Positions 49,171-63,012 of a DNA stretch of 64,000 nucleotides are shown in pieces; the stretch's first letter is position 1; every line of letters begins with the position of its first letter. A program made the translations under genes and the position numbers. Source of the stretch: Lama glama (Eukaryota); the NCBI GenBank assembly GCA_028534125.1, contig CM052850.1:26536001-26600000 (forward strand). The letters are read 5' to 3'. Below the pieces are notes generated by a model. The model was given only the letters and a program-made list of their open reading frames with translations, made no database searches and was not told the origin of the DNA.

Positions 49171-49258
49171 GTGGTGGAGAACGACGTGTCCCACGTGGCA
49201 GCCTTTCAAAGTGCCTCTGAGCAGCCTGCGCAGCTGTGAGGAGTCTCGGCCTCTGAAG
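49171..49258 (+). pseudogene. CPNE7: CPNE7 exon 6 remnant (acceptor AG>AC, 2-nt deletion)
   Basis: VVEND..PTWQPFKVPLSSLRSCEESRPLK; preceded by cacac rather than cacag; 88 nt. Confidence 0.87.
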
Positions 49259-49418
49259 GTGGGTGGGGCGGGGCCGGGCTGGGGTCTGTGATGGGGCGGG
49301 GCCAGTCCTGCCAGATCACACTTTGGAGTTGGGGTTCGTGGGGAGGGGTGGTGGGGAGGGGGCGCCCAGGCTGGGGGCCCCAGAGGGGCAGGGGGCTGAG
49401 GGCTCCTGGGCTCCCCAG

Positions 49419-49517
49419 TGCCTCGTCTGGGATTATGATTCCCGCAGGAAGCACGACTTGATTGGAGAATTCTCCACCACCTTGGAGCAGATGCAGAAAA
49501 ACTTTGCAGAGGACCAG
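49419..49517 (+). pseudogene. CPNE7: CPNE7 exon 7 remnant
   Basis: CLVWDYDSRRKHDLIGEFSTTLEQMQKNFAEDQ|gtgagc; 99 nt. Confidence 0.9.
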
Positions 49518-49785
49518 GTGAGCTGCTGGGGAGCAGCAGGGCCAGAGGGGCGCCCTGGGCTGTGCTGCGTTGCTGCATAAGTCGTGATGGCATTAGAGGA
49601 GGAAATTGAGGAGGACAGAATGACAACCGCCCTGCCAGGGGGCCAGAGTAGGGACCCTGGTCGGTCCTTTGCTTTGTTAGAGTTGGGAAAACCAGGGCGA
49701 GACTTTCAGGCCTCCCCTGCCCCTTGGGGTGGATGCTGGGCACTAGCACTGTGGTGTGCGGCCCCTGCCTGTCCCTGTCCCCCAG

Positions 49786-49870
49786 GCCCAGCGGGACTGC
49801 GTGAACGCCAAGTACAAGCAGAGGAGGCAATTACAAGAACTCTGGGGTGGTCGTCCCGGCAGACCTGGAG
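49786..49870 (+). pseudogene. CPNE7: CPNE7 exon 8 remnant (2-nt deletion)
   Basis: AQRDCVNAKYKQRR / NYKNSGVVVPADLE in a shifted frame; 85 nt. Confidence 0.88.
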
Positions 49871-50211
49871 GTGGGCCTCAGGGCAGCCTGCAGACCCTCC
49901 CCACCCGCCCACGGTGGGGGAGGGGGCTTCCGCCCAAACTGCTGAGAGTCAGTGCCCAGCGGGCCGCAAGCCCTTCCCTGCAAGGCCCCCCATTGTCCGA
50001 TGGACCCTCAAGGGCTCCCCTCCCGGAGGTCTGGTGGTCCCCAGAATGTGGAGGTGGGAGGGGTGGAGGGGGAAGATGTGCGTTCAGGCTGCCTGAGGGC
50101 CTGAGGGGAGGGGACGGAGGCTGCTGGGCTCCTGCCCCCATATCCCTGGGGGAGGGCAGGCCCCAGGAGCCCCGGAAGCCCTGGCCTCGGCCCCACTGGC
50201 CGTCCTGGAAG

Positions 50212-50271
50212 TTCTTCAGGGTCTGCTCTTCGCTGGACTACATCATGGGTGGCTGTCAGATCCACTTCACG
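50212..50271 (+). pseudogene. CPNE7: CPNE7 exon 9 remnant
   Basis: FFRVCSSLDYIMGGCQIHFT; weak acceptor (ggaag); 60 nt. Confidence 0.85.
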
Positions 50272-50850
50272 GTGAATCCACTGACCCCTCCACGCAGCCA
50301 GCTGGAGTACATCCCAGTGGGATGGGGGGGTCAGCACCTGGGCGCCGCCCCAGGCCTCCCGACGGCCCTCCCCACTCTGAACGTAACACAGGGCCCAGCT
50401 CAGCACCCTGGTGTGGACGTGCGCAGGGACGTGGGTACAGTGAGGCCCTTCTGCATGGCCTTCGTGCTCCAGGCCGGAGGAAAGTGACTTGCGGTGCTTC
50501 AAGGGGACCCCAGCTCAGGCTTGCTCCTCCCAGGTCCTGCACTGGGAGGGTGGTGGCTGAGAAGACCTGCCTGGTCCCGCCTCTGGGCCCCTCCCTGTGC
50601 CTCGCCCCCACTGGTCAGGCTATGGGCAGGGCCAGAACTCTGCGGGAGGTCCAGGGTGACCTCCCCGGCTCTCTGCGGGCCTACAGAGGTGCGCTGGCTT
50701 CCTCTGGGGAGCCAGGAGCCTTGGGGTTGGCACGTCAGCTAGGAGGTCTGTTCCCCTCTGGTCCTGCCCTGCACAGAGCCGGGCCCTGGGGCTCACCACC
50801 AGCCTTCCTCGCAGCTGAGCCTCTTTCCAAGCCTCGGTTTCCCTCCCTGA

Positions 50851-51201
<351 letters not shown>

Positions 51202-51428
51202 TGAGGCTCCTTGTGGGTGAAGGGGGCCAAGGTCCTCTCCTGCCTGCCTGTGTGCTGGGCGGCTTCTTCGTGGCTTTGTACCTCAGTTCCCCCATGTAGT
51301 TTGGGGTGGGGCCTGGGGCCCCCAAAAGTGTCAGCCTGATCTCCTTGTTCTGTCAGTGTCTCCCCAGTGTGCCCCCCACCGACCAGGGTAATCAGAGACC
51401 CTGGGTGACGAGACCACCTCTCTTCCAG

Positions 51429-51483
51429 CGACAAGAGGCTCCCTGCTCTGGGGTTTGGAGCCCGGATCCCTCCCAAATATGGG
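51429..51483 (+). pseudogene. CPNE7: CPNE7 exon 11 remnant (donor not GT)
   Basis: DKRLPALGFGARIPPKYG|gcgctg; 55 nt. Confidence 0.85.
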
Positions 51484-51767
51484 GCGCTGTGTGGCGGGTG
51501 ACAAGCAGGTGCAGGCACCGGCCCTCCCTCCACCAGAGGGCTGACCTGTGACATCCCAGCACTAGTGCTCTCATGACCGAAGACAGCCCTTTGGCCCTGT
51601 CGGGAGAACGGGGGACATTAGCCCAGAATCTTCCAGTTAGAAAGGACATTCAACTGGCTTAGACAGAAAACTTGGTGGTGGGGGGCACTTACTGGCTTCA
51701 GGTCTTGCGGGTTCCAGGGCTGGAGCGATGCCCAGCCCTGGTCTGTCTGTCCACCTCTGTCCTGTGA

Positions 51768-52187
<420 letters not shown>

Positions 52188-54472
52188 TGAGGGAGCAGGG
52201 CAGGAGTGGGGGCAGCTGTGGGGGGTGCATAGAGCTCACAGAGGCCACGGGGACAGCCTGTGCAAAGGCCCTGAGGCAGGGAGCGGCTGGACCGAGTGAG
52301 GAGGGGCGCCGGGGGCTGAGCTTGCGCAGGTGATTCTCACCCTGGAGGCTGACTTGCTGACGTCCACTCTGGTCACTGTCCTGTTGTGCACACGTTGTTA
52401 CTGTGTTTGTTCGTGTTTAATCCGCGTGAATAACGCTGTGCTAAGCCCGGCTCCGCTTTGGTTGTCACGGTGCTTTGTGAGCCTGGCTGTGCTGCTGTTA
52501 CTTTCTTCCAGCTTTCATCTTGAAAAAACGTCAAATTTATGGAAGAACAGCACACCCCTCCCCTGGACCCACCTGCACCCACTTCTTGCAGTTCCCCTCC
52601 CCCAGCTCCCTCCCCCTCCCCTCCCCCTCCCTCTTCCCGGCCCCACATTGTACGTTATTATGTCTTCTTTCTGAGCCATTTGAGAGCCGCCTGCTGGCCT
52701 CCTGACCCCCCAGCCCAGCCCAGCACTGAAGGTGCCCCCATCTTGTCTCACCCGACGCATCCACATTGTCCCAGGACCTGCCCTGCCCGTGTCCAGGTCT
52801 CCCGATCTGGGCTCTTCCTCCCAGCCGTGCTCCGTCCAGACTCTGGTCGCCCCCCGTGGGGAGAGGGGCCTGGGCTGCAGCCTCTTGTCCTCCCAGCCCG
52901 TCCGCCCTCAGGCCCGGTGTCCCTCACACACCCGCAGCCCGGGTGCTGATCCGGGTGACGGTTTGGATGCGGCGCTTCATCTGTGGAACACACTCCTGCT
53001 TCATCAGTTGCCCCAGCAGTAATTCCATCGCAGTGTTACTCCTGGCTCAGGATCCAGTCTGGAGTCAGGGTCACATTCAGCAGTCGTGGTCCCGCATTAT
53101 TCTAAAGCGAGTCCCAGACACATAATTTCATCGGCAAACATCAGTATAAACCTCTTCGAGAGAGAAAATAGAGCCCTCAGGCCATCTTCACAGCTAAAAG
53201 GTGACCGTTCCTGTCCATGCCCTGATGGCTTTTCCAGTTAGAACGAGGTTGAGATACGGCCTTGCCCCGACAGGGGGTGTGTCCTTCCAGCTGCGACCCT
53301 GCCTTGCCTCACGAGGTCCCTGGGCTGAAGAAGCCCACGTGTGTGTCCAGTAGGGCCCGCGACTGGAGTCTGCTGCCCTCACCCTCCAGGTGGCCTCCAC
53401 GCTGTCCTCTGATCCCTGGGAGGGGCCAGACTCCAGGAGGTGCTCAAGGCTGCCTCTGCCTTGTCGGTGCTCAGATATCCATCTTAGCGGAGCAGGGTTG
53501 ATGCTGGCAGACAGTAGGGGAGCGTCCCGGGACCCACCCCCAATGCCTTCACCTGAAATTCCCTCCCACCATCTCTCTGCCCCGTGGTGAGGCCCCGCCC
53601 CATCTCACTGATGCACACGGCCTCCCAGGGCCCCGACTGTGATGCTTTCCAAGCTCAGGTGAAGCTTCCGTTCCAGGTGGTGATGGAGACACAGGGCTGT
53701 GAGCTCTAAATGGGCCCTGGCGCTACTCTCGGGGAGGCAGGCGTTGGGGGTTCCGCTGAGGAGGCACGTGGGGCAGTTCCAGTCCCGGTCAGGAGACTGT
53801 TCACCCCACCCTCGGCTCGGGGGCTCAGAGAGGGCAGGCTGCTGGGCTATCTGTGGGTTCCCTCCCTGGAGAGACGGTGCAGTGCTGGGTGCCCACTTGG
53901 CCGGGCTGGGCCAGCTGGTGGACAGCCCCCCTTCCAGGGCTGGAGGTGCAGAGTGAGCCCTTCTTCTCCTGTGTGTTTTCTCTCGCTCAGATGTTTAGTA
54001 ATGACTACTGAGAGGTTTTGTCTTTTTAACCCTGGCAATTGACTTTTATTTGAAGCAAGTCCCAGTCTGTCTTCTTGGCAGATGCACTGGGCACCTGGCC
54101 AGGCTAGACCAGGGTGTGTCTTCGCCAAAGCCCATTCCTTGAATCTCAGTGGCTCTTCAGAGTGTGGGGGCCCCTTCCCACCCCAGGCCCCACCCCTCCT
54201 CCTCTGGCCTCAGACGTGGGTCAGCCTGGTTCCCTGGGCCTTGGGGTCCCGTCTGTAAGATGTGGGCTTTCCGGCATCCTCGGGTAAGAGGCAGGGCGGA
54301 GGCAGGCAAACGTGTTCCCCGGTGGGGTGCTCCCAGATCAGTGTGGTCACGCAAATACTTAGTCTCCACAAAAAAGCTCCTGGAGCAGCTTGGAAACCGT
54401 GGGTTGAGGGACGTCTGTGGTCTCCCCTGGCCATCTCGGGGAGAAGAGCTGGTCGGTGGACTTGGGGTTTGA

Positions 54473-54865
<393 letters not shown>

Positions 54866-55350
54866 TGAGACCCTCAGGCTGACACCACAGAGGGCAGTGC
54901 ACCCCCACATGCAGGCTCCCCAGTGGCTTCCAAACATCTGTGACACAGTGAGATATGCAGGGTGTGGGGCCCACTTACAGCGTCCACGCGGGGCCTGGGC
55001 CCCGGGACCTGCCTTCCCTCCCTGCCTCCACCCGCTGCCCAGAGCAGGGTCACACCCACCCAGAGGGGCCCTGAGGGGCCTCCCGCAGTGCCAGCTGCGT
55101 CTGGCTGCCATAGCCACTGTGGTCCCATGTTGCCCGGCAGTGCCGAGAACAGGCCCATCTGGCCACCAGCTGAGTTCTTGTTTGTGGTCACGAGCTAGGG
55201 CAGGACCACTAGAGGCTGGAGACCGTAGTGTGAACCTGGCTCTAGGAGGGAGCAAGAGGTGTGAGCCATGGGGGTGGGGGAGACGGAAGACAGAGGATGG
55301 GGAGGCCCTGGCTGGAGACACACAGTGCACTCCCAACCCCGGCCCTGCAG

Positions 55351-55487
55351 GCACCCCCCTCAGCGCTGGCTAACCGTGTGCTAGCCGAGGTGCCCAGACA
55401 GGTGGTGGAGGATTACAGCCACGGGGATCTGCACCCAGGGACCGCAGCGCCTACGCTTGGGAGGCCAGCCTGGGCTCCACGCCCTGA
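55351..55487 (+). pseudogene. CPNE7: CPNE7 exon 15 remnant (1-nt deletion)
   Basis: APPSALANRVLAEVPRQVVEDYSH; ancestral-like EASLGSTP then TGA (55485-55487) lies in another frame. Confidence 0.82.
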
Positions 55488-57939
55488 GGGCGCCCGGGGC
55501 GCGGCCAGGACTGTGTTCCCAGGCTCCGTCTCCAGCATCCTTGACCCTGACTTCCTGGAGGCCCCCTGTCCCCCAGGCCAGGCCCACCTCATCTCCTGTG
55601 GCCCTGCTGCCTGGTGGGCCAACCTCCAGGCCCCAGTACTGAAAGCTGGGTAGCCCCCGCTGGCACACCTGCTCTGCCCCAGCCAGGCGGGTGGGAGGGG
55701 TCCTGGGGGCGCGGAAGGGGGATTGGGGGAGTCCTCCTTTGCATCTGGTCCTCATGGGGGTGGATCAGCAGGCAGCACCCCCATCTCTGGGAAAACCTGG
55801 GCCCCCGACTCCTGTCCCTATAGCCAGATCCCTCCTTGTCTGAGCTGCCCCCCAGCTGCTCTCCCCGCCGTGTCTGTGGGCCTGCAGGGCTGGGGGCATT
55901 TGGGCAGAATACAGTGTCATCTGGTGCTTGCAGCAGTGCTGTGCCTTTACTGCCCCCCAGCCTCAGCAGAGGACTGCACCAACGGCAGGGGCGGTGCCCG
56001 GGGCGGGGGAGTGTCTAGTCAGGCTGACCGCGTTCTTCCTGGACTGAGCCAAGGGCCCTCTCAGGAATGAAAGGGTGCGCTGGGGGTGTCGGTGCTTGAC
56101 CCCAGGAAGGGCCAGAAGCAGCCTCCCGTGGCCGCCGCCCAGGATCTGCACGGGCAGGCCCAGATGCGGAGGGGCCGCTACACTTGGCGTCACTAGCACC
56201 CCCTGCATGCTGGGTGCTATGCGCTGTGTTGTGGGGGCGGGAGGGACCACCTACCAGACCCTCCTGGCCCTGTGTGAGTGATTTCCGATTGAGATTTTTC
56301 CTCAATTATCTTGTCTGGGAAAAACGAACTGCTCCGACCCTGAATCCAGGCCCACCCACCCATCGCTCCCTCCCTCCTTCTCTCCATCCATCCATCCCTG
56401 CGTCCACTCTGGGGGCCTATTTTTAGCTCCTGATTCATCTCCTGTTAAGCAGGGATAATGGGTATCGCCATGGTAACCGGGCTACCACTGAATTCTGGAA
56501 GGGCTGATACTGGTCTCTTTAGGGATGGAGAGGACACCAGAGAGGCATCGTCTCTGTCCACATCTGGGAGGTGGCAGGGCCATGGGGTGGGGGGTGGGGT
56601 GGGTCCCGAGCGGGGAGGGCGAGTGTCACCAGCGACCCAGCCACCGAGACAGGTGTGGCTGCACCACCTTGGACGGTTTCTGGGTGCCTGCAGGGGTGAG
56701 CTCCGCAGTAAAGACACAGTGACTGTGACCAAGGCAGCCGACTCTGCCTAGAGGCAGTAATGTAGCAAAGCGATTACCGCCCCAGGGGTGGTTCAGGTGG
56801 ACACTAACTGCTTCTGCCCACCCACCTCCTTTGTGGCACAGCCATACTTCCTTAGGGGCCCCATCACTCAGTCCATGTATTTCGTGGGTCTGGACCACTG
56901 TCCAGAGCCCAGGGTGTACACGTGACCCAGACCTGGCCAATTAGTGAGCGTGCTGTCCCCTGGCCACAGTGATGGGCTCAGGTGGACAGTCACCCCGACC
57001 AGCCAGTGAGACTTGGTCCTGGCACTTTTCCTGGGGTTGCTAAGCTGGTGGGATGGGAGCCAGGAGAGCTGGTCACCTCTGCCACCACATGGGCAGGGCC
57101 CACCTGAGGAAGAAGGGGTGCAGAGGAAGTGGACAGAGAAATGGTGCTGGGGTGACGTGGATCCAGCTCCTCAGCCAAACGTCCTGTTAAGGGAGCCATA
57201 AACCCCCTGTCTGCTCAGGCCAACTGGGGGAGGGGAGTCCTGTCTCTTGTCACCCACAGTCTGGACCAGAAGGACGGCCAATGCTCCTACTCCACAGAGA
57301 AGTAAAGCAGGGCTCCGAACAGTTCAGGGGCTTGCCCAGGGTCACACAGCTGGCCAGTGGCAGAAGCAGGGCCTGCCAGCCCCGTGTAATTCCTGGATAT
57401 ACACCTTTCAGTGCACGGGCCTCCATCAAGGGCTCTGGAACCCCAGGAAGTGAACCCCAGGACCAGGTGGTCAAAAACGCTGGCAGCTGGCGTGGCACCT
57501 GGCATGGCACCTGCAGATGAGACCGATGGTTCCCAGCTCCTCAGCGCTGCCCCTCCTGGAGTGGGAGCCTCATTCGCTCAGAACAGCAGCACACATGGGG
57601 TTCTCAGCCAGCAGACCTAGAAAGTGTGCCGTGGCCAGGGAACTCTGCGGGAGCTCCTAGGGCTGACGCGCTCCTCTGAAGTCGCCCCCAGCACACTACT
57701 CAGAGCACCCCCTGTTCGGAAGCTGGGTTTGGAATTTGCAAAAGCCTGCGGTGGTCAGTGGCTCAAGCACTAGGCCAGAGTCAGGCTGGGTACGTGGCCT
57801 CAGCTCTCAATGGAAAACCCTCCTCAGCCTCTGCTGTCACAGGGTGCGTGGTGGCTTTAAATACTGGCCCTAAAAGGCTAGGCTGCCCCTCCCCTCGAGA
57901 GGCGGGCTGGAAGCTGCTGCTCCTTGAATCCAAGGCCAG

Positions 57940-58155
57940 GCCGTGGTCTCTGGGCCCAGCAGACCGGCTGTCTGTAGAGGGGCTCTCCAGCCCCATGACG
58001 CCTTCCTGCACTTTCAGAGAGACCTGGCTAGGGCCACCACAATCCTTGCTGTTTCCCTGAGCCCAGAAAGGCTGTGAGTTCATCCTTGTTTTTTGCTGCT
58101 CTAAGCCGCTGAGTTTTGGTGTGATTTCTCTGCAGCAGCAGGTGACTGACAGCCT
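57940..58155 (+). mobile_element. MaLR LTR 3' remnant
   Basis: TGCTGCTCTAAGCCGCTGAGTTTTGGTGTGATTT..GCAGCA..TGACTGACA. Confidence 0.45.
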
Positions 58156-58504
58156 CTCGTAAGGACTGGACGGGGCATCCACAGGGCCTGGCTTGAAACA
58201 CCTGTTTGGCAAAGAAATACTAGCTTCCCAAGGGAGCCAGGCGGCCTCCCTCCACCTGAGTGACGGTTGTTCCAAAGCTCCGCCCCTGACTGTGAAGTGC
58301 CCCCTGAGGCTGGCCGGCAGCCTCGCTCTGTGGGGACCCAGGGTCGGGGCCAGGGCCCCCACCCCCAGCCTCCTGGGTGTCAGCCGTGGGCTGAGGGAGC
58401 AGAACCCGCAGCTCGGCCCCCAGGCGTCCTTTCCTCTGCTGCGGAGAGCAAGCAGCGGAAGGAAACTTCTTCCTCACAGAAGCATTCTGTGTTCTTTGAT
58501 GTTT

Positions 58505-58620
58505 TTGAGGGGAAGGTAATTAGGTTCATTTATTTATTTAAATGGAGGCCCTGGGGATTGAACCCAGAGGACCCTGTGCATGCCAAGCATGTGCTCTACC
58601 ACCGAGCTCTGCCCTCCCTC
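58505..58620 (-). mobile_element. tRNA-derived SINE
   Basis: GGTAATTAGGTT..TTTATTTA..CTGGGGATTGAACCCAG..GCTCTACCAC.GAGCT. Confidence 0.8.
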
Positions 58621-61239
58621 AATTTGTATTTGTAGAAAAATTAGAAAATGTAAATAAGCAAAAACAATGAAAACCCACCAGCATGTCCACGAGTGAGCAC
58701 TTTGCCACACTCCCCTCCAGAGTTCTGCGTGACACTCACACACCTGCTTTGTGAGGGAGGAAACCGTCCTTGGGGCGAGGGTGCACGATGGGGATTTTTG
58801 CCCACGTGCTTCACGCCCACTGGGGCCCTCGACTCTCTCAACTGCGCGAGGAAGCACCGTGACCCTGTGTGCAGGTGGCTCCACAGCCTGCCCAGGACGC
58901 TGTGTTGGAGGCAAAAGGGGCCTTGGCTGAGCCTGGGGGAGCTCCCCAACAAGACGGGGGGAGTGGGCAGCCCCGCGGCAGCGGTGAGAGGGGCACCACA
59001 GAGGCACCCTGCCGGCCCCCACTCCTCACGGCCTCGGGGCACCGTGTGGTCACTCCACATCAGGGACTTCTCTGTCAGCCTCCCTTTGATGGCTTGGAAG
59101 TGCCCTCCCACGTAAGCTCTGTCTCCAGTCACATGATGCCTCCTCCAGCCCTTTCAGTGGCTCTGAGTCCATGTGTCATGAGCCACCAGTTCTAGCGAGC
59201 CCAGCTGTCTTCTGCTTCCACCTGGCCCTGCGGCCTGCCGCCCGGCGACTCACAATGGGCCCCGCTTTGGGGCGCTGTGGGAAGTCCAGCGCCACAGACA
59301 GGCCCTGGGAGGTCCCTGCTCAGCGGCACAGCAGCCACAGCGGCCTGTGTCCCCAGCCCACACCTGCCTTGGGAAGCTGTCAAAATGCAAGCGGATTCTC
59401 ACTGGGCTCCAGCCACCTTCCTTCCCCTGGCAGCGGGGGAGAGGTCAGCTGTGACAGGCGGAGACGGTGGGGCCGCCTCTGCAGGAAGGGGCCGGGATGG
59501 GAGTGCGGTAAAGCTGTTGCTGCTCCCAGGAAGACCAGAGCACCACTCGGCCCACAGCATGGTCTGGTGGACAGGTAGGGGGCTGGGAGCAGACCCCCTG
59601 CCTGTCCCTGGCTCCCCAAGGCTGAGGCTGGGGCAGGTCCCAGGCCGTGGCTGCACCCTGGGCCTCGTCTGAGCCTCCCTCGTGGCCCAAGCTCTGACCA
59701 CGTGGCTCCAGCTACTGGACACAGAACTGGAGCGACTGGTGGAGGCTCCGGGGATAAGGGCGCCTGCTCCCGGCCAGCGCAGCCGACTGCGTTCAGCTTC
59801 ACGGCGGATGGGCACTGAGCGCCGGGCATGGTGTCGAAACATCGACAGGAGGGAAGCCATGCAGCCGGGCAGGAGGCGGACAGCAGGGGCAGTGCCAGTG
59901 CACAGTGTCCTCGCCTCCGTCAATTTGGTGGCCTCCCAGGGAGGGGGAGCACTGACACCCCATTTTGTTTTAACTGGGAGGAAGCAGGTGTTAGGCTGGA
60001 CCCTCTGTATGGTTGCCCAGTCTCAGGGTCTCCGTTGTGAGGTGATAAGCCTGCCTGGCCTCAGGTTCATTTTCAGAAAATGTGCAGCTACTGTGCATGA
60101 CTCAGCTCTCCTCTGAAGCCCAGCCTCCGCACCAGCTGGGGCACCAGAGTCTCCTGGGGAGGCAGAGAACATTGGGGGCCTGGGGCCATGACCAGGTGCC
60201 ACCAGAGGAATGTGAGTCAGGCATGGGGTGCTTGCACCACAGCCTGACCTCATCCAGGGTCCGTGAAGTGCACCTGGGACCCCAATTATGGGCCTCTCGG
60301 AACCTCAGCTTGGAACCTGGACACTCGGCCCTGGGTCCACACCTGGGGAACAAATATACACATGCAGCCACTCAGACAGTTGTCAACAGGGGAACAGACC
60401 AGTGTATCGTGGAAAATCACACAACGGCCCGAGAGGGAAATTAGGCCAAAGGACTCCTGAGACCCTCAGCAAGATCAGGAGGAGGGGCAGACAGGAGGGG
60501 ATCTACATGGTGAGGTTCCGTTCATGTGACATTCGAGGACGGGGCAGGAGGGGTGGGGGCATCTGTCTGTCCTGGGTGGTGGAGGCGGGTGAACAGATGT
60601 CCGTGCACGTTCACTTATGTATCACAAGCCACAGCCTGGCTCTGGCCTCTGGCCCACCCCTACCAGATCCTCTCCCCCGAGCCTTGGCGTCTAGTCCTTC
60701 CGACCCCTCAGCTGGACAGCAGAGCCAGACGGGAATCAGCACCTGATGGATGGTGGCCGTGCCCCTAGGCAGCCTCTCTACTCCCAGGCCCTCCTGCCTG
60801 GTGCTTTGTGGAGGCTCCTGAATGTCTGGGGCCCTGAGTAGGGGCAGCTGGTCAGCAGCAGGCTCAGGTGGTCCCAGCGAGGAGCCCACCTCCTACCTGA
60901 CCCTGGTGTCGCCCCAGACCAGGTCCATGGCAGCTCCTGCCTCTTGTGGTTGGGGTTTGAGGCCTGGGCAGTGCCCACCTGTGGTGCTGTACCCCCCACC
61001 CCACCACTGCCGTATGCCAACCTTGGTTTTTCTCAATTATGGGCCTCTCGGAACCTCAGCTCTTCGTTCCGGAAGAGGCAGAGCGTGCGGCTTCATGCTC
61101 TGTATTCAGAAAGCCCCGGGTTGCTACCAGCTTCTTCGTCCTGGTCTCCTGTCACTGACACTCCCGTCTGCCTCTGGGGAGGAGGCCAGCGAGTGCCGCC
61201 CCCGCCACTAGGGGTCGAGTTGTGTTCCAGTTCTGGCCC

Positions 61240-61525
61240 TGGCCCCTGGGAGCGGGGCCTTACCTGGAAATAGGGTCTGTGCAGATGTGGCCAAAATCAG
61301 CTGAGGCCATGAGGATGGGCCCCAAATCTGAGGTCTGCGGTCCTTGTAAGAGGAGGAAAGAGCCAGTGACCAGATCGTGCAGCCCCAGCTGAGAATCACG
61401 GAGGTGACCCTCCCCCAGCCTCCAGTGGGAGCACCGCCCGGGCGGCACCTTAACTTTGGACTGTAAGAGGGCAAACTTCTGTTGTTTCAAGCCCCCGTCT
61501 GTGGCCCTTTGCACGGCAGCTCCGA
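61240..61525 (+). mobile_element. MaLR LTR remnant
   Basis: TGGAAATAGGGTCT.TGCAGATGT...CCTTGTAAGAGGAGGAAA...TTCTGTTGTTTCAAGCC. Confidence 0.6.
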
Positions 61526-61949
61526 AGAGGTGGCAAGGCTGCGAACGGAGAAGCCACCCTGGGATTTGGTGTGTCACAGGCATTGAGGACCATCTGCTTT
61601 CTGTTTTATTTTTCAGATTTCTTAAGTATTTCATTGTTTTCAGCGGAAGGAGTCCATAAAGTATTTTCTCAACCCGGACATGCAGAGCTGTCATGTGGAT
61701 TAGTTCCGTCCAGCTCTCCCCGACCCCTGCGGGTCCTGGGAGGCAGCCACCTCCCAGGATCCAGGGCGGGACTCGGGAGCTCCATACACGCCCCCACCCC
61801 ACTCAACGCGGCACCAAATGAGACGTGACATGACTCCGGCTTCCACTAGAGGGCGCCCCAACAAGGCTCAGAGTTTGGTTCAGCGCTGACGGCGAGCCGG
61901 CCAGCGTGCCGGCGTCTTCCCCAGTGTTGCTGATGGGTCACGTTGTGTC

Positions 61950-62905
61950 AGGTTAGAGTGAGCGATGTGATACACTTACACACTGGGAGACGGTTACCAC
62001 ACTTCACATCTACTCCCAGCCACTTCCAGCTCTGCACACGGCGTTGTTAGCTGTGGTCCCCGAGCTGTGCGTTAGATTGCAGAACTTACAGCTGGAGATC
62101 GGTAGCACCGGCCCGGCATCTCCCCACGTCCCCTCCCCCAGCCCCTGGCAACCACACTGCACTGCCTGCTTCTGTGAGTTTGGCTTCACAGATGCCACAT
62201 ATAATTGAGATCGCACAGTGAGGACTGAGAGTCTTTTCCCGTCTGGCTTGCTTCACTCAGCATAACGCCCTCTCAGCTCACCCTTGGTCTCACAAGGGAC
62301 CGGATGTCCTTCTTTTTTATGGCCGAGTGCTGTTTCTCTGTGGGCGTGTGGCGCCCGCTTTGCCCACCGTCGGTGGGCGCCGAGGCTGCTTCCACGGCTT
62401 GGCTGCTGCGAGCACTGCATGCAGGTGCTTCTCCGAGAGTGGTTCATTTCCTTTGGATAAAAACCCAGAAGAGGGGTTGCTGGGTCATATGGCAGCTGCT
62501 TTTAATTTCCTGAGCCTCCGTACTGTTTTCCATAATGACTGCGTCAGCTTCCTTCTTGTCCTTTTGATGACAGTCATTCTGACAGGTGTGAGGTGGTAGC
62601 TCATTGTGGTTTTGACTTGCATCTCCCTGATGGTTAGTGATACTGAGCATGTTTCTGTGTACCTGTTGGCCATCTGTGTGTCTTCTTTGGGAAATGTCTA
62701 GTCAGGTTCTCTGCCCACTTTTTAATCCGGTTACTTGGGTTTTTTGCTATTGAATTGTATGAGTTTCTCATATATTTTGGATATTAACCCCTTATCAGAT
62801 AGATGATTTGCAAATATTTCCCCCATCCTGTTCGTTTCTTTTCCACTTTGCGGACCGTTTCTTTTGCTGTGCAGAGCTCTTTAGCTAGGTGTGTTCCCAC
62901 TCATT
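61950..62905 (-). mobile_element. LINE-1 (L1M-type) ORF2 end / 3'UTR fragment
   Basis: CCCCAGCCCCTGGCAACCAC; TGACAGGTGTGAGGTGGTA.CTCATTGTGGTTTTGA.TTGCAT; TTTGCTGTGCAGA. Confidence 0.85.
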
Positions 62906-63012
62906 CATGCCTGGCAGGCGTGAGGGCCTGGGCTCCATCTCTAGTACTCCATTAAAAAGTAAACAAATAGATCCAACTACCTACCCCACAACAAAATTAA
63001 AAAAACAAAAAC
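62905..63012 (+). mobile_element. tRNA-derived SINE 3' part
   Basis: Degenerate CCTGGGCTC..AGTACTCC..AACTACCTACCCC with A-rich tail. Confidence 0.45.
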
